Assembly (NCBI RefSeq): GCF_037042905.1 | Contig: NC_087252.1 | Location: 11,658,001-11,718,000 of the forward strand | DNA length: 60,000 bases | Direction of reading: 5' to 3' | Source: Lytechinus pictus | Taxonomy: Eukaryota | Part shown: piece after piece, positions 34,801 through 46,800 of the stretch | Numbering within the stretch: position 1 is the stretch's first letter | How the letters are laid out: every line of letters begins with the position of its first letter | Translations under genes and position numbers: made by a program | The notes under the pieces: model-generated | What the model was told of the DNA's origin: nothing | Database searches by the model: none | What the model saw: the letters and a program-made list of their open reading frames with translations, nothing else

Positions 34801-37586
34801 ATTAAACCAAAATTATTTTTAAAGCTTAATACATGTACATGTAGTAAAAAGAAATTAATATATGATATAATTTATCAAAAGAATAGAGATCAATAGCTGC
34901 TTTACAGAACTAAAAAATTGGGAACAAATTAGTAAAGGAAAACAAACATTAGTAAAGGAAAACAAACAACACACAATATGATTTTGATTTCTATCTTACA
35001 TTCAAAGAATGATATGGTGAAAATTCTTGGTGTCTTCAATACTTTTTTTTAATTTATTCTGAATGCTCTGTATTTGTGTCAACTGATATTATTGATTATT
35101 TCCACATATAGCATGGCCTCTTGATCGAGAGCACTCATTATTTGAAAGCACTTATGAAAACAATCAGTTCAAGTACACAACAACAGCATTCATGTAATGT
35201 ATCTAGAGGGTGTGATTTATTTATCATTGGTTAGTTTTGAATGGTGTCATGGCGTGTTTTGCTTGAAGAAGATCTAGTTGAATGCAGTTTCTCTCTTCAG
35301 ATTCTTTAATTGTTGTATAATTGAAATCTATGACTTTGTCATCCGTGTAACCTTAGATATCATAACTGAATTAACAATTATATAAATTGCTCTTCCTTTC
35401 AACCACTTTCAATTTCTGAACCATCTCATTCTATCTCTTTTTATCTTGAAGGTTATTAGTGATAGGATGTTCAGCTCCCCGAAAGGTCAAAGGTCGATCC
35501 CGTCAAGTCAAAGGTCAACACCATCGAGCATCAGATCATTTGCATTGAGCCAGGATACGTTGATGTTTACTCCACCAGTAGAGAGGAAAGCTTCTTCACA
35601 AGAGAGAATATCAAAAGGTATTAAATGCTGAAAGAAAGTTGTAAATGAAATAAAGGAAAGTCATCTTCAGACCTTCTGCTTCTCATAATATACATTGTTA
35701 AAGACTTTTGTCTTTATAAGATAAATAGAGAATGCTATATTTTAGCCTTCAATTCGTATTCACTTTAGTCCCCAGATCAAATAATGAATTGCACTTTTTG
35801 TGATATTTGTTATTTGAAGACCCCCCCTCCCACAAATAATAAACTGGATGCCCATGTTATTCCGTACATGAGGCTTGAAAATTATTCCCTTATCAACCAA
35901 TCCAAAGTAAAATTCGTATTAAGTATTCCCCTGTCTGTCTTAATTACTTGGATATATGACAGCATGAATTAATTATGAATAATGATAATAATAAAATTTG
36001 GCTTTTTATGTAGTGCATATTATCTTGCACTTGACAGATATCTTATAACTCAGTCCTTTGATTCATTTTTTTTTCATTTACTCAGTTTGGTTTGATATCA
36101 ATACAAAGATCTGAAATTATAGTGTAAGTAGTTCAGATGCCCCCAACGTGAATGCTTGCTTAATGCTTGCTTAATGAGATAACCTGATTTATTATTTTAA
36201 TAATTGATTTATTGGTATGGAAACTTAAGAGCAAGATTATTGTAGTTCATGATGACTTCTGTTTGAGATGAAATTACATAAACATTGGTACACCTATTAA
36301 TATTCCCCCTCAAGGATTTTTGAAGTTTTTATACCATTTGAATAGTGCTTCAAATATGTAGTGATAGTTTTCAGCAGGTATTTTTAAATTGTTATGGGAG
36401 GTTTCATTTGCATTAGAAGGGAAGTATCATCTTAATTATATGTATAAAGCTGTGGCACAAATCAAACCTCTACATGTATGCTTTTGAGGAAGTTTTTATC
36501 TAAAAGCAAAAGTAATACAAGATTTAGAAATGTTTTGACGTGGATATATAATCCTGAGTTTCCTACAAAATTTCTTAATGAGATCATGATGCATTAAATC
36601 AGCAAAAAGCATTCATGTAAAGATACGAATATGTCTATGGAACCCCTCGTTATCATTTTTTTGTCTTTATTTTCATTTTTTCAAAAACATTGATCTATTC
36701 TTTGCCACAATAATTGTTTAATCTCCATTGTCTCATAATTTTTCCCAGTCACTTTTGACACATATTTTCTCTCCTCTTCTTTATCACATAACTTTTTTCC
36801 TCTCTTATTTGTCACATACTTTCTCCTCTCTTTCCTCCATTCTTCTCACATACTTTCAACACTCTTCTCTGTTGCACACTTTCTCTACATTTCTTTGCCA
36901 CACACATTCTTTTTACACCGATTCCTCTACCATACTTTGTCAAATACTTTGGACACTCTTGTTGCCTTACATTCCTACTTTACTTCGTCACATTCTCTAT
37001 GCCCGTCTGACACACACTTTCCCCCCTCTTATTTGATATCTACTTCCTTCACTCTCCTATTTCACACACTTTCTGCACTCTTCTTTCTTTGTCACACACT
37101 TGTAATGCTCTGCTTTGTCACACAATATCCTCCAGTTTTCCATGTCACCCTCTGTATCTTCGATCTGTTCCCTTTTATGGTATTTACTTTATGCTATTAA
37201 TTCCTTCACTCTCCTTTTTCACTTACTTTCTGCACTCTTTCTTTGTCACACACTTCTAATGCTCTGCTTTGTCGAACACTTTCCTCCACTTTCTCATGTA
37301 ACCCACTCTATCTTTCAGCTCTCCCATTTCGTGGTAGTTATTCAATGCTACGTTTATTTCAAAGCTGGGTATTTGGCTAAGCACTGTATTTTCTGTTTTG
37401 ATCCCCTTAATTTCAGATATACTTCCAGAGCCTCCCGATCCTGAACCCCCTGAGTCTGCTGGTAGCTCTGACAGCGAAGAATTCAAAGATGATGAAATGC
37501 TTCAAGTCCTTCGCAAGCAGAGAGAAGAATGCATACGGAAGCTGAATCATCTAGATAGCCTGCTTTCTCATACAAGTAAACATTGA
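16868..37586 (+). CDS. PROSER3: Proline and serine-rich protein 3-like, about 939 aa; exons 16868-16899, 21431-21518, 22237-22397, 23306-23457, 25154-25211, 25968-26328, 26823-26902, 28056-28183, 29591-29808, 31187-32392, 35452-35617, 37417-37586
   Basis: Spliced product carries PROSER3-family blocks in order: DNPFYDAP..R.FYHP, LSP, FDESWP, DSTLARFIDRFRYGAPQSREER..DFWWL, ETDEIQRRAEKLL, RPEEDILQQWRMRRRMEQA, QVISDRMF, SDSEEFKDDEMLQVLRKQR. Exons sum to 2820 nt with consistent phases. Confidence 0.85.
18269..20960 (-). mobile_element. 5'-truncated, frameshifted non-LTR retrotransposon (RT region plus 3' UTR; RTE-X-like by inference)
   Basis: Minus-strand fragments LQFGFKEG..TTMCT, LDASKAFNRVN, NGVKQ, FSYADDLILLSPS, HLGH; 3' end AATAAA plus (TTGAA)n-like tail at ~18269-18297; interrupted by a MITE. 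Confidence 0.85.
18821..19547. mobile_element. Tc1/mariner (pogo/Tigger-like) MITE inserted in the LINE
   Basis: Perfect 22-bp TIR CAGTCCGACCTCTCTTATCCGG; TA on both flanks. Confidence 0.88.
20962..21345. mobile_element. Partial copy of a TTAA-AGG (Kolobok-like) palindromic MITE
   Basis: ttaaaggaaaccaaaacccaaga... closely matches the copy at 54694. Confidence 0.7.
21431..21518 (+). CDS. PROSER3: PROSER3 exon (SDNPFYDAPEPRAFYHP...)
   Basis: aaaaag acceptor, gca|gtgagt donor. Confidence 0.85.
22237..22397 (+). CDS. PROSER3: PROSER3 exon (ISLSPERVKS...)
   Basis: attag acceptor, gg|gtatgt donor. Confidence 0.8.
22812..23012 (+). mobile_element. Degenerate tRNA-derived SINE
   Basis: ggagcgctgtggtcttgtggttctgactcttgactttgaaacagagggtc head resembles the 8425 copy. 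Confidence 0.55.
23306..23457 (+). CDS. PROSER3: PROSER3 exon (...FDESWPASERPS...)
   Basis: tatag acceptor, g|gtaat donor. Confidence 0.85.
24421..24640. mobile_element. Tigger-like MITE fragment with an internal duplication
   Basis: TA-CAGT start; caggtggctgctatagacaggttcttatacacacaatcttcctc occurs twice; a related fragment at ~27270-27452 ends gcaggtttgactg-ta. Confidence 0.5.
25154..25211 (+). CDS. PROSER3: PROSER3 exon (...ESDSTLAR)
   Basis: ttctag acceptor, ag|gtaaat donor. Confidence 0.85.
25968..26328 (+). CDS. PROSER3: PROSER3 exon (FIDRFRYGAPQSREER...DFWWL, Ser-rich)
   Basis: ttcaaag acceptor, agt|gtaagt donor. Confidence 0.9.
26823..26902 (+). CDS. PROSER3: PROSER3 exon (...ETDEIQRRAEKLLEL)
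   Basis: gacag acceptor, ag|gtgag donor. Confidence 0.85.
28056..28183 (+). CDS. PROSER3: PROSER3 exon (DRTILSEPAVSSDGIGS...)
   Basis: cacag acceptor, g|gtgag donor. Confidence 0.85.
29591..29808 (+). CDS. PROSER3: PROSER3 exon (...RPEEDILQQWRMRRRMEQA...)
   Basis: ttatag acceptor, gat|gtaag donor. Confidence 0.9.
31187..32392 (+). CDS. PROSER3: PROSER3 large exon (402 codons)
   Basis: tttcag acceptor, caa|gtaagt donor; lies within ORF 31166-32404. Confidence 0.88.
34415..34779. repeat. ~150-bp direct duplication (period ~208 bp)
   Basis: 34415-34571 and 34632-34779 are nearly identical. Confidence 0.85.
35452..35617 (+). CDS. PROSER3: PROSER3 exon (VISDRMFSSP...)
   Basis: ttgaag acceptor, g|gtatt donor. 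Confidence 0.85.
36725..37330. repeat. Pyrimidine-rich degenerate repeat with a ~115-bp duplication
   Basis: Recurrent tcacacactt motifs; 37044-37160 is similar to 37201-37315. Confidence 0.7.
37417..37586 (+). CDS. PROSER3: PROSER3 last coding exon (...SDSEEFKDDEMLQVLRKQR...*)
   Basis: tttcag acceptor; TGA at 37584-37586. Confidence 0.9.
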
Positions 37587-40396
37587 TCCTTTACAATTCA
37601 TTATCATATCCTGTATCTATTTGAATGTATTCATTAAGACCAACCAGAGTGCTTAGTAAATGGTAGATTTATAAAGAATTCTTGTTAAAAGTAGTTTGTT
37701 CTACTTGCAGGTCAAGGCCAACTGTAGTATGATGTAACACATTAACAAGAAATTCTATCTATATCAAGACATGTTAAGTTTTTAAAACTTATCATGCACC
37801 TACATGTATAATTGTAATGCATTTTAAAGACAGAGGGTATGACAATACAACTCATGAATAACGCCATGTGAAACATATCATTGTTTTATATGTGCAGCTT
37901 TTATTGAGCGTGCCATCATAGCATTACATAACATGCAGCATGTCTGTCATTGTTTCAAAGGTATTGAAGCTGATTGCTGGAAACAAATCATGTCATGACT
38001 GAACTTTGATAAAGTTTTTGTGGAAAATCCCATGATAATAACAACATATAAGAGTACCCCTATTATCCTTACATGATGTAATGACAATAGTTGTGTGCAT
38101 TATTCATTAATGTTTATTTTTTGTGTTGACTTGTTCTCATGTTGGTTTATATTCTCTGATTATCATCAAGTGTAAATTAAGATTTATCGCTGATGTGGAC
38201 TTTACAAGACAAACTCTTGTTACTATATTCTTAGATTTTCTTGTATTCTTCAAAATCCCCTTTATATCATTCAGAGCAAATTGCTTCACTTTATTTGATA
38301 GTTTCATTGATAAAAAATAGACATGTTAGCATAAATACCACTTGGATTATTAACACACCATTTTGTTTCAAATACTATGAAAAGACACAGTATTTTGGGC
38401 TCTTCCTGGAATACTACTCTACTGCCAACTACCAATACAATCTTAGCTACGATATCAAAGTGACTATGCTTTGTGCAAGTTGGTGTACAAACTCGATCGC
38501 TGACTTTTAGCATATTATCCACGATTTTAAATTTTCAAGTGAGCCATTAGAAACTGCCTTATGTGTTTTAAAAGGTGTATAATTTACTGTTGGGCCATCG
38601 ATGCCCTTGGTAATGTGTATTAATGCACATAAGATTCAGTTTACAGTTCTTTCAATGCCAATAGTATTGCATTGCAATTCCAAAGAATTATAACAATTTT
38701 TTTTACTGTAACTACATCTATTATTAAAAAAGAGTAACGACATCCAAAAATAGTAGACCCCTCTCTTCAGGATCATAGTCCTGAGAGTCAAAGCTGACTT
38801 AAGCTGAAACTATTATTAAATGTAAGTAGAATCTATAGTGACTGTAAGGAAATATAAGACATATATGAACACATTATAGAAAATTCAATATATTAATATG
38901 CAGTTCAGCTAAACATTGAATTAACTTTGCACAGCAAGGTATAGTTTTGTACAGAAAATGATCGGTACTTGTATTAAACCTACAATATATGTAAATGACC
39001 ATTCACAAGAAATGTAAGAATATACAACATTACTGAGTACATTTTTTCAAACACTTTATGATCTATGGTTGGATAATAGTTTTAATTATAAATCAACTAT
39101 TGCTAAAAGCACATGTTCATGATAATAGGGTAATAATATATGCATGAAAAGTGTAAATTTAAAGTTTAGGTGAACAACATGGAAAATCATGTTACAGAAC
39201 AGATATGGTTCATACATGTAGATCTAAAATACCCAAGTTTGCAAAACATTGAGAATTAAATAAAATAGAACTCTATTTTTGTCACGATTACTTTTAATAC
39301 AAGTATATGTCTGGAGTATCCTACACTTTTCATTAGTTTATAGGTAATAATATTTTCCTTTTGTAAATTGACATGTATATTTAATTTGTAATTTATATCA
39401 TTTCATAGTACTATGTTTAAAATAAATTATGAAGTTGAATCACTTTTAACAAGAACACTGCTGATTTAGGGTAAAAACTTCTTAATTTTTTTTTCATGAT
39501 CAATTTGCACATGCATAAAATATTACAATTTTCATTATAAATTTTAGCCAATAATATTTGCTTTTTTGTTAATTCACATACTTCATTTGTAATCAATATA
39601 ATTTCATAGTACTATATTTGAAAAAAAACATGAATTTGACTCACTTTTGAAAAGAATGCAACTGATGGTTGAGGGTAAAATGAAATTAAGCAAATAAACT
39701 GTTTATAGCGTGAACTGTAATTGGCACAATACTTTACTTATATGCAACAATACTCAGAAATACTTTAACATTAATGTCTGACAAATATTGGCTATAATAA
39801 ACATTAGCTGTGTGAAAAAGAATGCCATCAACTACTTCACTTGTAGATATGTATAATCAAGATGTAAATAATATATATACATTTATTGCTACATTTACCT
39901 GTTAGCTCCTTCGGATGAAAATTTATATAGATTATCATTAGATAGTTATTAAAACCTTATTGAAAACGAAATAAATTGTGTACTAGTTTTTGTATTTATT
40001 GTGTATTAAGAAATTGCTATTTACAAAAGTGAAATAATATATGTAAAATTCTATAATTCTAAACATATTTGTAACCAGTAAAGGTTAGAAAAAGTAGGTT
40101 GATGATGTTATAAGAATTCTAATATTCCTACATCCGATATTGTTTTCTCTGTAAAACCTAATAGACTTTTAGTAACTGTCATTTACAAGTTGAGCTCTTT
40201 TATATAGTTCAATCCACTGCCAAAATTCGATGACAAATTCTCTTTCACATTAGCAGGTGCCTTGATTATTTTAGGTGGTATTCAGAGGTCTTAATCTAGA
40301 GAACATTAAACATTCTGGAGAGTATTACATTCTCAACTTTCTAAGCCATCAATTGGCAACGCATAAAATTGTGTAAATTTCATTTCATATTGAGAG

Positions 40397-40837
40397 CTAA
40401 ATACTGTACATTTCGAAGAAATTATAGGTGCCAGCCATCTGTTCAGCCCTTTCCTGCTCAGCCCTTTCCTGTTCTTTTCTCATTTTGACCAAGTAGTTAC
40501 CATACATTGGTTGGCCGTCTGGCATAGTCGGTCCGATAGCTCCTTCCGATCTTCTGTTTCCTTCGGCTCTATAGGATGCATCATCCGCCTGTACCGGTGG
40601 TGGCATTCGGGCCTGTTCTTGCTTCCTCTGTTTGACTAAGTAGTTCCCGTACATTGGTTGGCCGTCGGGGGTTGTTGCATTTGTGTCCGAGTATTTTATC
40701 TCTCCCTTGCGATGTTTCGTGGCGTCTTTGTTGAGGGAGGCGTAGATGGTTGGTTCCTCTGTCTGTATAGGTGGGGCGTTAGGGGGATGAGTGCGGTTAT
40801 GAGCCACTGAGATGTATACCAAGCCATCCTCATCCAC
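40397..40837 (-). CDS. Ig receptor last exon, tyrosine-motif cytoplasmic tail
   Basis: tttctag acceptor; LVYISV, TIYASL and two MYGNYLVK; TAG stop. Confidence 0.85.
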   Translation of the reverse strand: MDEDGLVYISVAHNRTHPPNAPPIQTEEPTIYASLNKDATKHRKGEIKYSDTNATTPDGQPMYGNYLVKQRKQEQARMPPPVQADDASYRAEGNRRSEGAIGPTMPDGQPMYGNYLVKMRKEQERAEQERAEQMAGTYNFFEMYSI

Positions 40838-43800
40838 CTAGAAAAGTGAAAAAATCCAATGAAGTTATAAATATTGTGGATTGTTGATTTCATAGGGGCA
40901 GCATGGGATAGAAAGTCATGTCTTTGATTTGAGTTGCATTTAAATTTTGTTGTAATTCATGTGTAAAAAAAAAGAGTAAAAAACAAACATGGAAGTAAAT
41001 ATACTACCTGATTAAGGCCTTTCAAAGCAAGTGCATATGAATGTTCAACTTTAGTGAGTTTAACAAAGGATTTGTATATTTTGATCATATACAATAAAAT
41101 AGAGGATGATGCAGTATACTGAAATTTAAAATGATGAAAACGACACCTGTACAATTATAAATGTAAAGTATCCCCCTCTATTTCTTACAAGTCAAATGTA
41201 CATGCTCTCACTTGTAATTGCTTTTTGCATATCATGATTTTGCTTCATACTACTATTGAAAATAATATCAAGCAGTGAGGTTCATTTTTTAAAATTTATT
41301 TTCTGCAGATCTAGTGAAAAAGTTTGTAAGATTTTAAAAAATATATTCCTGAGTTATAGATTGTGATAGATAAGTAGATGAAAATAATAAAGATGAAAAA
41401 TAAAGTTTTAAGCATACCGTTCTGCCTTCTGCTTGATCACCGTTATCTGCTTAGAGAACAAAGGAAATAAAAAGTACATAAACATTTCTATTAGTTTGAC
41501 AATAATATTTCAGTGTCATGAATAGGATGACCTGATTTGAAAATGATAATTATGCATACTCAATTCTTGTAAACTTGAGGAAAATTTGCTTTTTGTAATC
41601 TTAAGTGTTTTCAATCCGTATTTGAATCAAGTTTTTCATATTCAAATATTTTAATTTCATTAAGGTAACATTTTATCCTACTTCCAAATAATATTGACCA
41701 TTTCTACTTAATTGCATTTGATTTTGATGAACCCTAATACCCTTAATCAGAAACTGCTGTATGGGTATATTGATGATTTTTAAAACAAATGTTTTATTTC
41801 CTTTACACTCTCTTTTACATCTATCTCCTTGGCTAACAATTTGACTAGCAAGTAAAATGCATAATAGTTATAAGAGAATGTGGGATAAAGAGGAAGTGAA
41901 AGTGAAAGGATTTTTATGTGCAACTGGAGGACGTATCGGGGATAATAAAATATGAATAGTGAGAAGAGTAGAACAATGATAGCATATTGTAAAATGATGT
42001 ACAAGCCAACAAATATCATTTGAAACTCAGTGAAAACAAGAGTAAGTGAAATACAAGGCAGCAACGTAGGCCTTTTGAGAACACACACACAAGAAAACCA
42101 CACCACAATACATTTAGGAAACACACACCCTGAAACATATATAAATTTACTCAGAACATTCCCCACTTCCTTGTATTGATGAAAACAAACAATTTCTCTT
42201 CCCCTCTCTCTCACACTCACCCTCACACACGTGCGCCCCATACACTCACGCGCATCACACTCCTCTCTCATCTTTCGAATATTGTAAGGTTGATCCCGGA
42301 AGTAAATAATCATATCAGAATGGTATGTAACTGTAAATCCCAAAATACACACACACACACACTCCCACATTCCTTAATGATTACGCACATGGGATATTAC
42401 TGTCAATGAGGTAAGAAGGCAAATCCTGCACCCTTAATGTTTGGAGAAAAATAATCACACAAATACGCACCCTCACCCTCAAAATGCATTGAGTACATAC
42501 ACCCACACCCCACACCCTCAATATTTTAGTGGAAAAGCACATCCACACATTCAATGCATTAAAAACGTGCCCTGCATACATTAATGTATGAGATACCATG
42601 CACATGAAAGAATATTGTCAATGTAAGATGAGTTCACACACCCACACCCTCAATTGTTTGAGAGAATATCACACACACACTCACACTCACTCAATGCATC
42701 CAGTGCACACCCTCACAATTTCGATGTATTAAGAAACCGTGCACATAGGATACTGAATATAAATGAATAATGAGGACACATACACACCTTTGATTCATGA
42801 AACCCACAATGTGTTTAAAACACGCAAATGGTACATTTCTGTCAAGGTGAAATACCCCCCCCCCCACACACACACACACAGAATATGTATGGACAGGGAG
42901 AAACAAACACATACTCGAGGCTTTCTCAGGGGTGCATTGTTGGGTTAAAACGTACCTTTCTTCCATTTGGTACAGCACATCAGTCCATAAAAGTACATCA
43001 GACCAAGTGAGATTACTATGATGACACTGATTGAAGCAATCACACCAATAGCAATTATCATGTGAGGAGTTTCTCGCTCTTTTGGTTGAACTTTCTGACC
43101 AGGTTGAACTAGGATGAGAGAGTAAAACCCGACCAGTGAGATATTGCGAATACATCATCACGTTATAGCCATTTCAAGAATCAATGTACTATCACTGTGC
43201 ATGATGGCCCCAAAGTTCATGAGCTTGAAATACTCTAGTTTATCAAAATGATAGGTGCAGTTATTACTTGTTTAAGAGAGCAAATTAATTGCAGCGTTTA
43301 TGTATCAAGTCCTACTTATGAGCCGAACACAATTTATCCCACGCATAGTATCGCCATAAAAACTCTCACACATGGTGCCAAACTGTTTGTAACTCACACT
43401 CGCATTTGATCGACCCTCACACACATCCGCCCACACATTTTATATATACCCCTATCCGTGTACACAGTGAGCCAATGGCCTATCTATACCCTCATATTTT
43501 GCACATCGCCAAATGTAATTATTAATTATATTTTATTTTCATACATATATTATACAACCCTTTATTCAGTTCTCTTTCACTTTCCAATATAGATTGACCG
43601 CAGAATAAAAGTCGTCTTATAATTAGGGTTCTGTTTATTTTTATTCTATTTTAGCTTTAATTAAAAAAAAATGACTGATAAGTGTGACAGAAACGATGGA
43701 GAATAAGTACAAACGGTTACCGTTTATATCGGCTGGTTCACTACACAACCCTCTCCCATAGGTCACTACAACTACGTCATCATCCGGGTCAATGCTGATC

Positions 43801-46800
43801 TCTGTCCCGGGGTCAATGCACTTTGATTCATCCAGTCGAGCACAACTCTCTACGGAGGTCTTCCGAACGAAGCAGACTTCACCCAACGACTGATTTGCTT
43901 TTGATATTTGAAATACTTGTCCCTCCTTGACCCAAGTAACGCTTACGCCTGTACGATGAAAATAGGTTAAAAAATACAATTAAACCTCACAAAAACACCT
44001 GACAACTTAATGTTGAATTTACTGTATAAATCTAAACGTAACTTTTATTATTGAGAGATAAAGTATTGGTTTACATTTCATTCGGAAAACTTTCAAAAAT
44101 ACAAGAGAGGTGAGCCACATTTAAAAGAAGAAACGAATAAGATCCAACACGTGATACAAATATGAATGATTTATAATGCTTAGGAGTTTTTACTAAAAGG
44201 GAACAAACGTATATTTCTTCCAAACTGTATGAAAGAAATACCCACCAAAATATGTCTTAAAAAATCACATTTTTTAAGTGCATTGAATGTAATACGAAAG
44301 CGATGTTTAATATTTTGCCTATTTGTTACCGTTTTACTCTCCTTGTTAAATTATGAATATTTTTTTATTAAGAAGTAAGAGAATCATCAATCACTATAGA
44401 AATGCCAAAATTATTACAACTGTCAACGCAATGTTTTTAAGTTTTTAAAGAATTTATTTATTGTATTATTTACTTATAAAGTGTCTTTCATTATTCAAAC
44501 ACCATTCCAAATATCCCCCAAACAATGCATTCATTTAGTAGTAAGTTTCTTAATACAGACTAGGAGGATTTTCCAAGTGATTCATTCTGGATGGATTTGC
44601 AAGATCCATGTAGCGTGTTGTAGTGATGGCCATCTTTTTCAATACACGTATGCATAGAAAGTGAATGTTTTAAAGTAAGAGGAGAGAAAAGAGAGAAGAT
44701 GTAATTAATATAAAGCCTTATTCTTACCATAGTTCTCTGGTTGCAGTGCTGTATATAGCCAAACAAGGAAGCACAATAGAGAAAAGAAACAGCAATACGA
44801 TTCAATGACATTTCATAAGTGGTTCTTTATCTCGAGAATTGTGGTTTGTGATGTTTCGATTTCAATGCAAGCATAGATGAAAATATCAAGTGGATGATCC
44901 TTTTCATCAACTGAAACTATGTCTTGGTCACGATCATTAATTAAACTTTGAATACAAGTTATGATAGATTGAACATGATGGAAAACATATTGCGACCATG
45001 ATCATGCATGGTTCAATTTAACTTCATATTTTATAGTTATACTAGAGAAACTGACTTTTTCTAGAAGCCTAAAAACAAGAAAATCTTTACTTCTTGTTAC
45101 AGTATTCAAGATGAGAGACCTATTTAGAGAATGAAAGACATGGGAAAATATCAAAATACTCTTGCGATGTTTCCCACTGTAAAGAAAATATAAGGAAAAT
45201 ACATGTACATATAATCCCGTACTGAAGAGGACGATTTTTTTGGGGGTTAATTGATAAAATGTTTATTATCCTTGGTAGAAAAGATGTTGATTGATTTCAG
45301 TTAAGAAAATCTCATTGCTAAAAAAAAGCTTACGAGCTGTTGAAGCCACTATTGTCACCGTGCTGCTATTCCCTGCGCTGTTCTCTGCCCACAGTGTCAA
45401 CCGGTACCAGGTGAAAGTATTCAGTCCGTTAAGTCTGAAAGATGACTTTGTCAAGTTGGTGAAAACACCACACTCGTCTTCCTTTGCCTTTGTGTCGTTG
45501 GTACAGTATTCCAAATTGAACGTCTGTTGAAACCCACCATCGAACCCTGGTTGCCAGGCAACGAAGAGAGTTGAAGATGTCGTCTGGTTTTGGTGGACGA
45601 TGAGCCGAGAAGGTGGATCTGGGATGGCTGTATGGATTTACAAAGACTTGGTGTTAACGGTTGTGGGACAATAAGACAATAGTGTAAGCAATCATTAACT
45701 ACGCTAGGAAAGTACAGCAATATCACATTTCGGTTACAAAGGATTCATTCCGCAAAGGCATTTGGGGAAGGAGAAAATCATGGATGATTAATGAAAATGT
45801 GCCTTAGCCTGATATCACAAGATTTACCAGAATATAAGAGGACCATCGTCTCGCTATCGTTCCCAATCGTCGTCTCAGCAAAACATGTATAGTTGCCATC
45901 GTTTTCTGACGAAATATTAGAAATGATCAGAACACTCGTAGTCAAGGTCTTTTCTTGTGATGGACTTTGGTGGATCTGATGACGGGTGCTGTTGTTGAGT
46001 TCTGTACCATTCCAGCGCCAGGATATCGAGGCTGTTGGTATACTATCTGATCTACATGTGAGGATGGCATTAATGCTCTTACGATCATTGAATAATCGAC
46101 AGAGATTTTCAAAAGGACCCTGTTACCAGGGACGCCAATCGGCCGCTCACTACTGAACCCAAGTCCAACACGTTCCACTCTTGGTTTTTTACCTCATACT
46201 TTATTATGACTTTCTTATCCTTAATTTGGTCTACCAGGTTTTATTCAATAACATGCCAAAGCGAAGATTAATGTTTGCGATCGTACTTACTAAATATATT
46301 TACCCATTTAGCCTATACGAAATGGGTAACTGTATCGAGTAGATTGTAGTTAAACATCCGTTTGCTTAATCTATTGGGTGTACTTAACGATTTCATTACC
46401 TTCATGACTTTTTATATTTCTCTGCATGATCTGTTTGATTTTTTAACTTTAATGTCTAATATGTATACTAATATTTTTATTTTAAATTTTTAAATAATGA
46501 ATAAATATTGAAATAAAATGGATTAGAATTTTGCAAATATTCCTCACATCTGTATTCGTTTGACGTGTTTATGCAACCTGTCACCATTGACTCACTCCCG
46601 TCCCTTGCGTCGTTGTTATGACTTGGTTTCTGAAACAAGAAATACTTTTCCCTTTACAAAGGGTTGGCATAAGTCATACACCACATTGCTTTTAATCGAA
46701 GTGGGCTAGAACAGAAGGATACATTCTTGTCAACTTACACAAATGAAATATGATGACATCACTCTCTTTTCCAAGTGACGTTCCGGCCTCACAGACGTAT

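Noticed and set aside
41780..42370. 196-aa hydrophobic minus-strand ORF
   Set aside because: Arises from TG-rich repeat and T-rich intron sequence of the receptor gene.
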